The position numbers and the translations under genes were made by a program. This document shows, in pieces, positions 14,461 through 26,185 of a DNA stretch of 64,000 nucleotides; position 1 is the first letter of the stretch, and each line of letters opens with the position of its first letter. The notes beneath the pieces were generated by a model that worked only from the letters and a program-made list of their open reading frames with translations, made no database searches and had not been told where the DNA came from. Source of the DNA: the human T2T-CHM13v2.0 reference genome, Homo sapiens; NCBI RefSeq assembly GCF_009914755.1, contig NC_060928.1; one strand, written 5' to 3'.

Positions 14461-14943
14461 TTATTCAAAAAAGATACTTGCACACTCATGTTTATAGCAG
14501 CACAATTCACAATTGCAAAATCGTGGAACCAACCCAAGTGCCCATCAATCAATGAATGGATAAAGAAAGTGTGGTATATATATACACGATGGAATACTAC
14601 ACAGCCATAAAAAGGAATGAATTAACAGCATTTTTAGTGACCTGGATGAGATTGGAGACTATTATTCTAAGTGATGTAACTCAGGAATGGAACACCAAAC
14701 ATCATATGTTCTCACTGGTACGTGGGAGCTAAGCTATGAGGATGTAAAGGCCTAAGAATGATACAATGGACTTTGGGGACTGGGGAGAAGCATGGGAGGG
14801 GGATGAGGGATAAAAGACTACAAATATGGTGCAGTGTATACTGTTGGGGTGTTGGGTGCACCAAAATCTCACAAATCACCACTAAAGAACTTACTCATAT
14901 AACCAAATACCACCTGTACCTCAATAACTTATGGAAAAAAAAA
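14461..14943 (+). mobile_element. L1PB1 3' end
   Basis: aaaaagatacttgcacactcatg...gggagctaagctatgaggatg...ccaaaatctcacaaatcaccactaaagaacttactcat...aataacttatggaaaaaa. Confidence 0.9.
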
Positions 14944-16416
14944 TGGGACTACGGCTTACTTGGGAGAGGGGCTGGTAAATGCTCTAGACTTTCGTTTGAG
15001 AACTTGAAGGGCTGCATCCTATGAGTAAGAGTGAGCAGGAAATAGACTAGCCCCATAAAGACTGAAGCTGAGCTATCAGTTAGGTCAATCCAGTTGGATT
15101 AAGATAGTTTGGAATTACTGGTGCCCTTCAGCTACCTGCCAGAAGCAAAATTTTTCCTCTCTGGAGGAAAATAGCATCATCCAGAGCCTCTAATTATCTC
15201 TGATACCTTTTCATTTAAAATATTCTGTACTCAAGCAGAAATAACTAGGCATATGAGTAGACAAGATGTAACTGAAAACCAAAAGAAGAAATAGGTGATA
15301 CAAAAAGATCCGTCAGGGTTGCAGATAATGAACGGAGTTATCAGATATAGTCTTTAAAATAACTATGATTAATATGTTCAAGCTCTCAGATGGAGGCTCA
15401 GAGATACAGGAAAGGACGAAGAGCAATAAAAAGTGTAAATATGTAGGTAAAGTTAAATGATTGTTGGCTATCCAAAAATAATTCAAAATATATGCAACAT
15501 TAAAATACACAACAAAAATAGTTCATAATTTGGGAGGGGGTTAAATGGAGGAAAAGTGTTCTATGTTCCATGCATTGTCTAAGAAGTAGTAAAAATATGA
15601 ATTTAGATTGGATTTATATTAGTCAAAGATGCATGTTTTAATGGCTGGAGTAATAACTAAAAGAATAGTTAAGGAATGTGCAACTAACAAGCAAATAGAG
15701 GGGGAAAATAGAATAATAAAAATTAGTGATAAATCCAAAATAAGACAAGAAGGAGAGAAAAAGAAACAAGTATAAAGCAAACAGTAACATAGAAGATTTA
15801 AACTTGAATACATATTTAATTCCATTACATATAAAATAGTCAAGCTTCCTTTCAAAAGACAAAGTTTATCAGATTGGAAAAACAAACAAAACCTAACTAT
15901 ATGGTGCTTAAAAGAAACATATATTAAAAATAAGTATTCAGAAATGATGAAAATAAAAGGTTGGCAAATGAAATACCATGCAAACACTAATCAGAAGAAA
16001 GCCAATATAGCTATGATATCTTAAGGCAAGAAGAATTATTAAGAGTGGTATTTCATAATAATGTAAGAGTCAATCCACTAAGAAGATGTACTACTTTTAA
16101 ATATGTATATACCTAATAACATGGCTTTAAAATATATAAAGCAAAAAGTAACAGAACTACAAGGAGAAATAGACAAACACAATTACAAGGTGGATTTTAA
16201 TGTATATTTCTCGGTTATTTATAGATAAGTAGACAATCAGAGGATATAGAAAATTTGGACAAATTAATCAACTTGATCTCATTGATGTATAGTTCATAAA
16301 ATAGTGCATTTGACAACTGCAAAACACACATTTCTTTCAAGTGCATGTTGTACTGTTGCCAAAAATGAATGTATGTCAGGCATAAAGCAACTTTTAATTT
16401 CCAAAGATTTAACTCT

Positions 16417-16769
<353 letters not shown>

Positions 16770-17254
16770 CTAGAAATCAATCACAAAAAATACTTAAAAA
16801 ATTTCCAAATATTTTAGAAAAAAATAAGTATTTTTCTTAATCATCAAAAAGGAAATCACAAGAGAAACATTTTGAGCAGAGTGATAAAAATACTATAAAC
16901 TGCAGCTAAAGCATTGACTAGAGGGACATTTATAACTTTAAAATATACATATAAATAAAAAATAAAGACAAAAAAACTCAAGAAGAAAAAAAGAATGATA
17001 AATGCAACTCAGAGAAAAATGAAGGAAGAAAATAATATAGGAATATATATTGATTGAATAAAAACATAATACAGAGCATCAATGTCAAAAGTTAATGTTT
17101 TGGAAACATTCAGTTGATTAAATTCTGATGAGACTCTGTTATGTGACTTTGGAGAATTACTGTTTGGACCAAAAAACATATTTCAAGGTCAACATTGCTG
17201 TTAAACCATCATCTTTTCTTTTCCTGCCTTCTCATTTTTCTTATTTTAAAATAA

Positions 17255-17280
17255 GTGTGTGTGTGTGTGTGTGTGTGTGT
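17255..17280 (+). repeat. (GT)13 microsatellite
   Basis: Read directly from the sequence. Confidence 0.97.
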
Positions 17281-17349
17281 TTTGTTTGTATTAATTTTAA
17301 TGTATTTAAAAAGATACAAGTACTTTTGTAGCTCCTGTATTTGTTTACA

Positions 17350-17950
17350 TTTTTTATTGTAAAGTGATATACATTTATTGAAGAAAATATAAATATGCAA
17401 AAAGAAGAAAATAAGATTTGCTTGAAAAAATTAAATCCCAGATAACAATTGTTATTGTTCTATGTTTTTGAGCCTCTTTCTTTGCTTATAGATTCACTTA
17501 TATGTACAAAAACTTGATCAGTGTGTATTCTGTTCAGTAATTTTTGTTCACTTAACACTACGAATATTTTTCCTTGTCATTGAATATCTTTCTATAGAAT
17601 TATTTTAACAACCACATAGTATTTTGTTGTATGCATGTTCCTAAATTTATTCCAGTGTACCAGTTACCAAGTGGATATTTAGTGTTTTTGTGACTTTTTT
17701 GCAATTATAAATAGTGCTATAACAAACATTCTTATAACCAAATTTTTGTGTAAATCACTGATTTATTTTCTTAGGATAAATACCTGGAAATGAAATTGCT
17801 GGAAGGAAACAATATTCATTTCTAATGCTTCCTATATTATTTTTAAATTTCCCTTTAGAAAGATTGTGCCAACTTATAATCTCATCATCAACAACAGTGT
17901 ATGAGAGTGTTCATTTCCAATACTTCCTCCAACATTAGGTGTAATCTTTT
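17350..17950 (-). mobile_element. Old L1ME 3' region
   Basis: gcaattataaatagtgctataacaaacattctt...ttcttaggataaatacctggaaatgaaattgctgg...aacagtgtatgagagtg. Confidence 0.75.
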
Positions 17951-18524
17951 AAAATAAGCTTCATCTAAATCATCTTAACCTGTTCTGAAAGCGCTGAGTC
18001 AGTTTACAACAGGGTACTAATCAGGGCTTTCGAAGTGAGGACTTTGCAGTACGCCTTACTCTAGGTAGGCCACTCACAGAAGGGGCAGTGATTGGAGTAA
18101 GGGTGTTTATGTTCAGTGATTTCCACAGTTAATTTCTAAGATGTTTTCATAGTCAGGATATATGTATACATATACAAGCCAAGAGCGGTGGAAGCATGGT
18201 TGTTGTTTTTCACTACTTTTCTTCTTCATATTATTATTTTATCATGATTATTATTTTTATTTAATTTTAGTTTTTATGTTCACAAAGATACTTCAAAATT
18301 ATTTATCTGAGAGAACAACTCTGAGGTGAGCTCATTGAAGGAAGGGTTAGAGAACCTAACTGAGCTATGAGAAGCTCGGAATGCACACTGTGGCTACATA
18401 CACATAGCCTCAATGAGCTCAGCAAACACAATTTATAAAATACTTTCAAGTTTACAAAACTTTTAATTTTTTTCTTATTGAAAAAACTATATAAGAACTA
18501 CATCAAGAGATTCTTAAAAAGTAC

Positions 18525-18889
18525 TGATATGGTTTGGCTGTGTCCCCACTGAAATCTCGTCGTGAATTGTAATCTTTATAATTCCTACGTGTTGTGGGAA
18601 GCACCCAGTGGGAGGTCACTGAATCACGGGGGCGGTTTCCCCCATTCTGTTCTTGTGATAGTAAGTGAGTTCTCACGAGGTCTGATGATTTTATAAACAT
18701 CTGGCTTTTCCCCTGCTGGTGCTCGTTCTCTTTCCCGCCGCCCTGAGAAGAGGTGCCTTCCGCCATAATTGTTAAGTTTCCTGAGGTCTCCCCAGCCATG
18801 CAGAACTGTGAGTCAGTTAAAACTCTTTTCTTTATAAATTACCCAGTCTCAGGTATTTCTTTATGGCAGCATGAGAATGGACTACTACA
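18525..18889 (+). mobile_element. Solo THE1C-like MaLR LTR
   Basis: TG...CA termini (tgatatggtttggctgtgtcccc ... gagaatggactactaca); 5-bp TSD agtac at 18520-18524 and 18890-18894. Confidence 0.95.
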
Positions 18890-18924
18890 AGTACCCAGAA
18901 CCCGAACATTGTAGCATACTGTTT

Positions 18925-20050
18925 TTTTAATTGCTATGTTCATCTTTTTAAATCAAAGGAATAATGTACAGAGTCTTAAATTTCAAATAGTAAAATAAGT
19001 CTTGTAGTGAAAAACAGCAGTCCCCTATACAAGTTCACCCACTCTCCAGAAGCAACTACTTTTAATACTTTTAGCTCTTCCTTTGGGAATTTTCTTCCAC
19101 ATTGCAAAATAACATGCTTACTTATACTGCTATTTCTTGATCTTTTTAGTTACAGATATATATTGATTTTCATAGATGGCATAGTCCTTGTATAAACTGT
19201 ATGCACATACCCCATGCATCTTTTTTGTCTCTTCCTTTATATTCCATAACACCTTCCTGCCTCCTCTTCCTATCCTCCCAAGATTACTTTTTAGAGCTTT
19301 TTATTATAGAAAATTATACCCCAAAACATAGCGAGAATAGTACAGTGAACTCCAGTGTGTCCATTCTCTAGCTTCAACAATGATTTCAGTTATGGTCAAA
19401 CTTATTTCGTCTATGTCCACTACCTTCCCATCCCTCACATTTCCCTATACTAGATATTTTGAAGCAAATTCCACATATCTTATCATTTCCTCTAAAAATA
19501 TTTCAGTAAGCAAATGCTCCCAATATAGTTATATCACAGTTTTCTGTTAAATGAGTTTTTAGTGTTGACCTTATTATGGCCACATAAATATTGATCATAG
19601 ATGTATCACATTGTACATTATAATTTCATTGATTTCTTGTATCACTTTTAGGTTTTTTTTGTGAATTGATAATTACATGTTTTTTGTTTGTTTAGTTTTC
19701 TATGTGTTTTCATAATTTATTCCTAAACACCCTGACAAGACTCTAATGTTGACCCCAGACTTTAATGTTGACTTCAGTATGATTAAAAACATTAGGTAAT
19801 CTGTCAGCTTCATATTTTTTTGCCCCCAGTAGACATCTACACAGCAGTTATCCAAAACCCTGCCCCTTTCCTGGATGTTTTATAGGCTAATGACACAGCT
19901 GTTGCCCTGTCTTATATTATGTGTTCTCCTGTATTAAATTCCCAGAGTCTGGAATCTTTTGTTTTCATCTTTTTTTGTTTACTCCCTAATTTTAGTGGAG
20001 CCATATTCTCTACTTGCCTTCTGAATAAAGGTGCAATGAGTTTACACTCT
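18925..20050 (-). mobile_element. HAL1-like element interrupted by an L1MC5-like fragment (about 19290-19510)
   Basis: aaaaacagcagtccccta...ccagaagcaactactttt...aataacatgcttacttatactgctatttcttgat matches the recalled HAL1 antisense 3' end. Confidence 0.6.
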
Positions 20051-20174
20051 CTCAGATTCCCACTTCAAAGAAAGAAAGGTATGATGCATTGACAAAGCAA
20101 TTTTGCATGTACAGGGAATGAACAGTTACGGAGCTGAGTTCCTGATAGGGAGGTCATCTTCCCTAATGAAATCA

Positions 20175-20370
20175 CATAGGCTTCAGAATCAGTTAAACTT
20201 GGCTTTAATTCTAGCTTTGCTGTTAGTAGTTTTTGAGGGGAAGCCATGTATCCTCTCTGAGTCTCAGTTTTCCCATCTATAAAATAGGTATAATTATAGC
20301 ACTTATCACATATTGGTTTAAATGTAGTGACACACGTAAAAGGCCTTAGCTTTAGACCTGCCTCTGAAGA
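20175..20370 (+). mobile_element. MIR SINE
   Basis: cctctctgagtctcagttttcccatctataaaatagg. Confidence 0.75.
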
Positions 20371-21007
20371 AGGGACCAATTAAGGGCAAGTGGAAGCCTG
20401 TAAGGAGAGTGGAGACTGTCCAACAAGGAAATGAGTTCATCCTTCAGTTCTGCACTTTCTAGCTATGTTTTCTTATGTTTAAAACTAGGACATTATGTCT
20501 GTCCTATTGAGTTGTTGCAAGGATTGTGTGGAATGGGATAATGTGAGCGAGCAACTCTTGTCACTAGATGTGTTTTAGATAAACATTATTATGAAGATGT
20601 TAGGGATCCCCTGGGGACTAGATTGCAGGGTGAGAGTGTGTCCAAGAAAGGCTGAGCATTAGTTGGAACATTTGTGCTCAGTAACCTGATTATTGTGATG
20701 CTTTCTGGGTTGTGAGTTTCTGGAAAACTTAAATCAAATTGCTTATTATGAGAATTTTTCTGACATGTGGAGGTAGTTCAATCTGGAAGTGACCTTGGAA
20801 ATAATTAAAAATTAAAAGCAGCTTTGTTGTCTGGAATAGTATGTGAAGAAAATGTCACTTGTTCACTCCAAATCTCAAGGTCTTCCCTTCTACAAAACAT
20901 GAGAACAGCTTCTAGAAATGAGGAGTTATTTGGGATTGTTGATTTTTTTTTTAGAGGAGTAGAGAAATGACTAATTTTTTCATTGGTGAGTAATATGCTA
21001 CAAAGAC

Positions 21008-21175
21008 TCGTAGAATCATATACTTTTGGACCTGGAAAGTAGCTTAAGGACCATCTGATTAAAATTTTAAGTTTTATTGATGAAGAAATTAAGCTCAAGA
21101 AAGGCTGTTACTTGTCCAAGATCACAGAAGTATTAACTATTGAAGCTTGAGAAAACAGCCAGTTCTCTGCTCAAA
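21008..21175 (-). mobile_element. MIR3-type SINE
   Basis: tagaatcatatacttttggacctggaaag...ttattgatgaagaaattaagctc...acttgtccaagatcacaga. Confidence 0.65.
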
Positions 21176-22154
21176 TTTCAGCTGAAACTACATTGTATAA
21201 TAAAATAACTCAACATAACATTACAACAGAATAGTTTAAACTCTTTCTAGTCAGTGGCAACTTAGGGTAGGGAAGATCCAAAGGGATTTTTAAACAAGTT
21301 TGTTGAAATTATGTAAGAAAATTAACTTCATCAGTGAATTGAGATTTAGTAAGCGTTCTTGAGCTTCTAAATTAACACTTCAATTTTTATATGCTACAGT
21401 GCTATTAATTATGTATCTGATCTTAATTACTTATGTCAAAATATATCTAAAGCACCAAGTTCCCCATGTTTTAAGAATTTGGGTGATCATTGCTTCTTAT
21501 TGTGGACCAGAGTCATTGATATTCAATAACCTGATCAACTTCTCAAGGTCTTTTGGTAGGTACCACTTTTAAGTGGATCCATCCTGCTTTTCTCAGTAGC
21601 GTTTATTATTGTGAATTATAGTGACTGTGAATATACAAGGTTTCTGAAAGTACTGTGAAGTTGCAGAGAGGCATACACCAGCAGAATCCATGTGACTTTT
21701 GTCTTATCAAGTGAAAATGAGGCAATTTCCTGATTGGCAGCAGAAGGACCCCAAGAAATAGTATTTTTTTAAAAAACTTTTGGACAAAGAGTGTAATTCA
21801 TAGTCTTTCTTTGGGGAGAGCTATTTCAATATTGCTGTTTCTTTATGTGCTGAATAAAGCAACAGACTTGGAACTCTATTGCCCTTTTTTTTGTATTTTG
21901 GCTTTCCCCACAATCCCTTTAGGAGATAGTCACTGGTAATAGCATGATCCTGGAAATGGCAGAGCTGGGGCTGTACCCACAGAGTGAAAGGCCCACAGTG
22001 AGTGCCATGTTTTGGTTACTAGACCCAGGGCCTGAGCATTCTTGGCAGTGAATGTGCAGTGGGCTTAATATCTGACTTTTGTGTGTGTATTTATTGGTTT
22101 CTTCTCTATGTTAAGTTGTATTTGCTGAGGACTTGGCTTTTCTCAATCCTCTGG

Positions 22155-22505
22155 TTGTATTATAAAAATTATTATAAGGCCAATACATACTCATAGTAAA
22201 AAATTCCAGTGGAACAAAAAGTTATACAGTGCACTGTAGACTGTCCCACCAGCACCAGTCTCATTCTTCACAGGAAACACCACCTATTGATTCTTGAGTC
22301 TCCCTCTAGACATTTTCCATGTGAACACATCCATATATGTATACATGCATATATTTTTTTCTTGAATGGGAGTATAGTATGTGTATATTTTAGCCTTTTC
22401 ACTTGCTAATCTATTTTGGAGATCTTTTTGCATCACTATATACAATTAACTCATTCCTTTAAACGGCTAAGTGGGATTCCATCTTAGGAATATTCCATTC
22501 TTCAT
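22155..22505 (-). mobile_element. Old L1ME 3' end
   Basis: atacatactcatagtaaaaaattcc...aatgggagtatagtatgtgtatatttt...tattttggagatc...ctcattcctttaaacggct. Confidence 0.6.
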
Positions 22506-23071
22506 TGATTTTCTCATATACTTTCCTCTCTTTCTCAGACAGCATTCCTCAAGACAGGCATTTAGTCAATCTCACACTTCAGCTGATGTTGCCTGGAGGA
22601 GGCTCAGTTTTGCCCTGGGAAAGCAGGCTGGTGAGAGCCTGGGAATGCAGTTGCCTGTCATCATCTGCACGATCTGCACCTCCCTTCAACCTCTTGGCTG
22701 TGAGGGGTGATATGTGTTTTTGTGTTCACCAAAGCCAGAGCTGCAGTGGTGGCTCCAAGAGGCAGTGGAGCGTGGACAAGTGAGTGGGAGGTTGGGTACA
22801 TCAGTGGCGAATCCTTAGATTGGACATAATGAAGCAGAAAATCAAGATACTGCACTGTCAGAATTTTCAAGGTCAATAATGCTGCTCGTTCTCTTTTTAC
22901 GTCAAGTTAGCACAGGAGGTGATTCCAGCAGCTTTGCCTGTTTTCTCAGGCAGGAGGAAGGCCCCAGAGCTTGTAAAGCCCATCTCAGGAAGAGCCTGCA
23001 GACTCCCAAAGGAAATTGAAATGTCAGTTTTAGCCTGCTTTTAAGCAAGAGTGCTAAATTTTGGACAAGAT

Positions 23072-23243
23072 AAGTAGTTTTCAAACTTCTTTTAGAAGGG
23101 GAACCTATTTTTCCAATGAAATCTCTTACTATTCCCTGTATATAAAGGAGATAAAAGTGGAGCTTTTTGGTCCGCTTTTGGTCTTTACCCAACAATTCTA
23201 ATCACTTGGCATCTTCTCGGAACACAGATTGGAAAACAACAGT
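23072..23243. mobile_element. hAT-Charlie MITE (MER112-like)
   Basis: Degenerate TIRs agtagttttcaaact / ggaacacagattggaaaacaacag; internal ggaacctatttttccaatgaaatct. Confidence 0.55.
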
Positions 23244-25410
23244 CTAGACAGCATATCTTTTCAACAGTGATGTTAAGATGTTATCTTTTTTTGTCTTTAA
23301 ATAGAATTTAGACATTATGAAGGGTTTCTCCTTGGCATATAATTTCAAAGCGGAAATACATTCCATTTGTCCTGTTTAAAAGGGCCTGCTTTTACTTTAC
23401 TAAATCAAAGGGCAGCCTGTTAGTTGAAGATAGGACGGATCACTTTGGTTAACTTTTAGCTACAGAAGGAAAAGTTAATAGTATCCAGACTGGGGGAAAC
23501 TAGCTTGTAAAGACAGCAAGTCTTTATACAAATTCCAAAGCCTGTGAGATTGATTGCTTTTAGTGTTTGCTACAGCCGAATGATTAACTAGAACCCTGAC
23601 ACTGAACCCGTATAAGAAATGATTTATGCTCTGAGTGCAGAAAGATGTTTGCATGTAATCATTGGATTTCTTATTGAGGTCTTTTAAACATTGTTGATCT
23701 TGGGGACACCCTCTGCTTACAGAATTTTTATTTCATTTTGCATTTTATTGTCTTATGCCAGAGGCCAAGGCCAACCTTATAATATTTATTAAGTTTGGTC
23801 GGTCAGGACTTTCTAGGGGATTCCACTGAGTCTGTGGAAGAGAAGAATGCTTCAAGCTGTCTAAAGTGAAGATTGCTCTGAAATTTTTCACCACCACTAA
23901 TGAGATAGTTGGTTTTATGATTAATCAGTTTTTCTAACTAAAGATATACCGTGCTCACAAACACTGAATTATACTGTATTTATTTGGGATTTTAAAAATG
24001 AAATGTATGTTGGTCAAAGCTGGAGCCAACTTTCATGGAGCTTTTTTTTTACACCTCAGTTATACCTTAAAGTTTTATTGTGGATGAAAAGCTCCCATTT
24101 CCCCAAGTTGAGATAGGATACTTTGTTCCAAAATGTTTATTAAGCATCTACCATGTGCCAGTCATGGTTCTTGGTCATTGAGATATTGATAGTAAACAGA
24201 GCAGACACAATTCCTGCCCTCAGTGGACCCTCTGTCTCATCATTAGTAGTTAGTTGTTAAACAATCTGGTGAAAAGTCACTTGCCCCACTATCCACAAAA
24301 TATGTTGTCTGAGGGAGGCAGTATGTTTCAGGGTAATGAAACCCATCATTTTGGTAGGGAATTTCATTTTCTGTGCGTTCAAGTTAAGGCTAATGGAAGT
24401 CGAAGATCATGGTCTTGCCCTGAGTATAAGATAGTAACACACAAGTTCTCAGAATGTGCTATTATCTACTTGCAGGTGGAAAAGTAAGACATTTTCTTAA
24501 ATATACAAGTTCCTCTAGGTGTAATGCAGACTTACAAAAGAAAAAGCATTCGGTTGCAATTCTCTCATAATAGAGAATGTCAAGAGATCGGAAGAGTAGC
24601 TGATGAGGAGATGCTTTCCTTGGCTCCCTGGAGCTGTGGATTTCTAGAGCCTTCATCTTTCTTATCTTTCTATTATAACCAGCAGAGTGCTAAGGCCTAA
24701 CAGCTGACCTGAGTAGTCAAGAATTCTTACTCTTCCTTGGGGAGATATTTTAATTTTTAAGGCAGTGCGTGCCTTTGCTTTCTTTTGCAATAATCGTATT
24801 AGTCTGTAGATGGAAGGAATCAGACTTGGTCAACTACTGTTCTGAACCAGGACTGATTCTAAGTGACAGCTCAGATGCTAAGTCAGTATTTGCCTGGTTC
24901 TATTCTGTGTCATGTCGTGCTATAATTTGTCATATTATTATGCTGTATTTTAGGAAAATAAATGTCAGTGTTGCCATTAAGAAAGGTTGACATCTGTGAA
25001 TAAATTTGAATTGGTGTCTTTCCTTGTGGATTCATGTATTTGGAGTGCTATCTTCTGTGTGGTTTTTAGAAAGGCAGGGTGTGTCTTAAGGCACTTTTCC
25101 TGCCCTGTTTACAGGAAAGATTGAGGTGCAGGTAGGAGACTGAGTGGCTTAAGGCAGCCAAACATATGGGGGTCAGGTTGAATTTCTCACCAGCATGCCT
25201 TTGTTTAGGGCCACTGTCTGCTTATTCTGGGCTCTCAAAGAGACTAATGTACTTGCTGATTTTAAATCGGTACAGGCTTTAATTCAGACCTAATTGCTGC
25301 ATCAAGTTGTGTACATGTATTTCCTCCCCAACTAGAGGCAAACATTTTCAATTCAAGAAAAGACTCTTCTTTTGCACTGTTTTGTGTGTTCTTCATTTCA
25401 TGTAGGCTGC

Positions 25411-25434
25411 TTTTTTTTTTTTTTTTTTTTTTTT
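25411..25434 (+). repeat. T24 mononucleotide run
   Basis: Read directly from the sequence. Confidence 0.95.
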
Positions 25435-25709
25435 GTGGTATGTAATGCGATATTTGCTGATTGATTGAGAATGGCCCAGAGCTAATAACTTGTAGATCAT
25501 GACAGATTCAGTTTTGGAGAATTCATTGACTGATTCCCCAGACACTTGTTGAGGTCTCACTGTGTGCTGAAGCACCAGTGGGAATAAATAATTTGCTCCT
25601 TTGGTTGGATCTAAATCTGTCTGTCAGCAGTAATGTATTGCATATGATATGATTATAAATTGATAAGCATTTCCCTGGAAAATCGGTCTCATTACCTGCA
25701 GTCATGTTC

Positions 25710-26185
25710 CATCAGCCCTCGTCCTACTCAGTTTACTGCCTAAATGTAGCACAGAGCTCTCCCTTTTTTCCTATCCTCAGCGACCTGGCCTGAGCTTGAG
25801 CTTTTATGATTGTTTGCCTGGATTGTTGCTGTAGTGTAACAGCTCTCTTTATATCAATTTGTGTTCCTGTCCCACCCATACCCATTTTCTAGGCTCTTCC
25901 ACACTGATGCTGCAATGATCTTCCTAACTTAAAGACTTATCTTATCCCTAGAGGATTTTGTCCATGGCATACAAGACTTTTTGATAGCCTTCCAGCCTTC
26001 ATTCCCCCCACCCCTCACCCTCTGCCTACTTTGTGTCTGGGAGTGTCCAGCATCAATATCTACCAGACTATGAGCTCTATGAGGACAGGATCCATTCATA
26101 CATGTACCTCTTTGAAATTCTGGGATCCAGAATGGGGCCGGGAATATGGTGGGGTGGTAAAAACTTCTGTGGAATTGAATTGAAA
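25710..26185 (+). mobile_element. L2 LINE 3' fragment
   Basis: ttgcctggattgttgc...tccacactgatgctgcaatgatcttcctaa...agactatgagctctatgaggacagga...gaattgaattgaa. Confidence 0.7.

Noticed and set aside
18327-18421. tRNA gene
   Set aside because: Cloverleaf-like pairing, but no A/B box, no TTC loop and wrong arm lengths
18785-18800. PRDM9 hotspot motif in the THE1 LTR
   Set aside because: The sequence gtctccccagccatg does not match CCNCCNTNNCCNC
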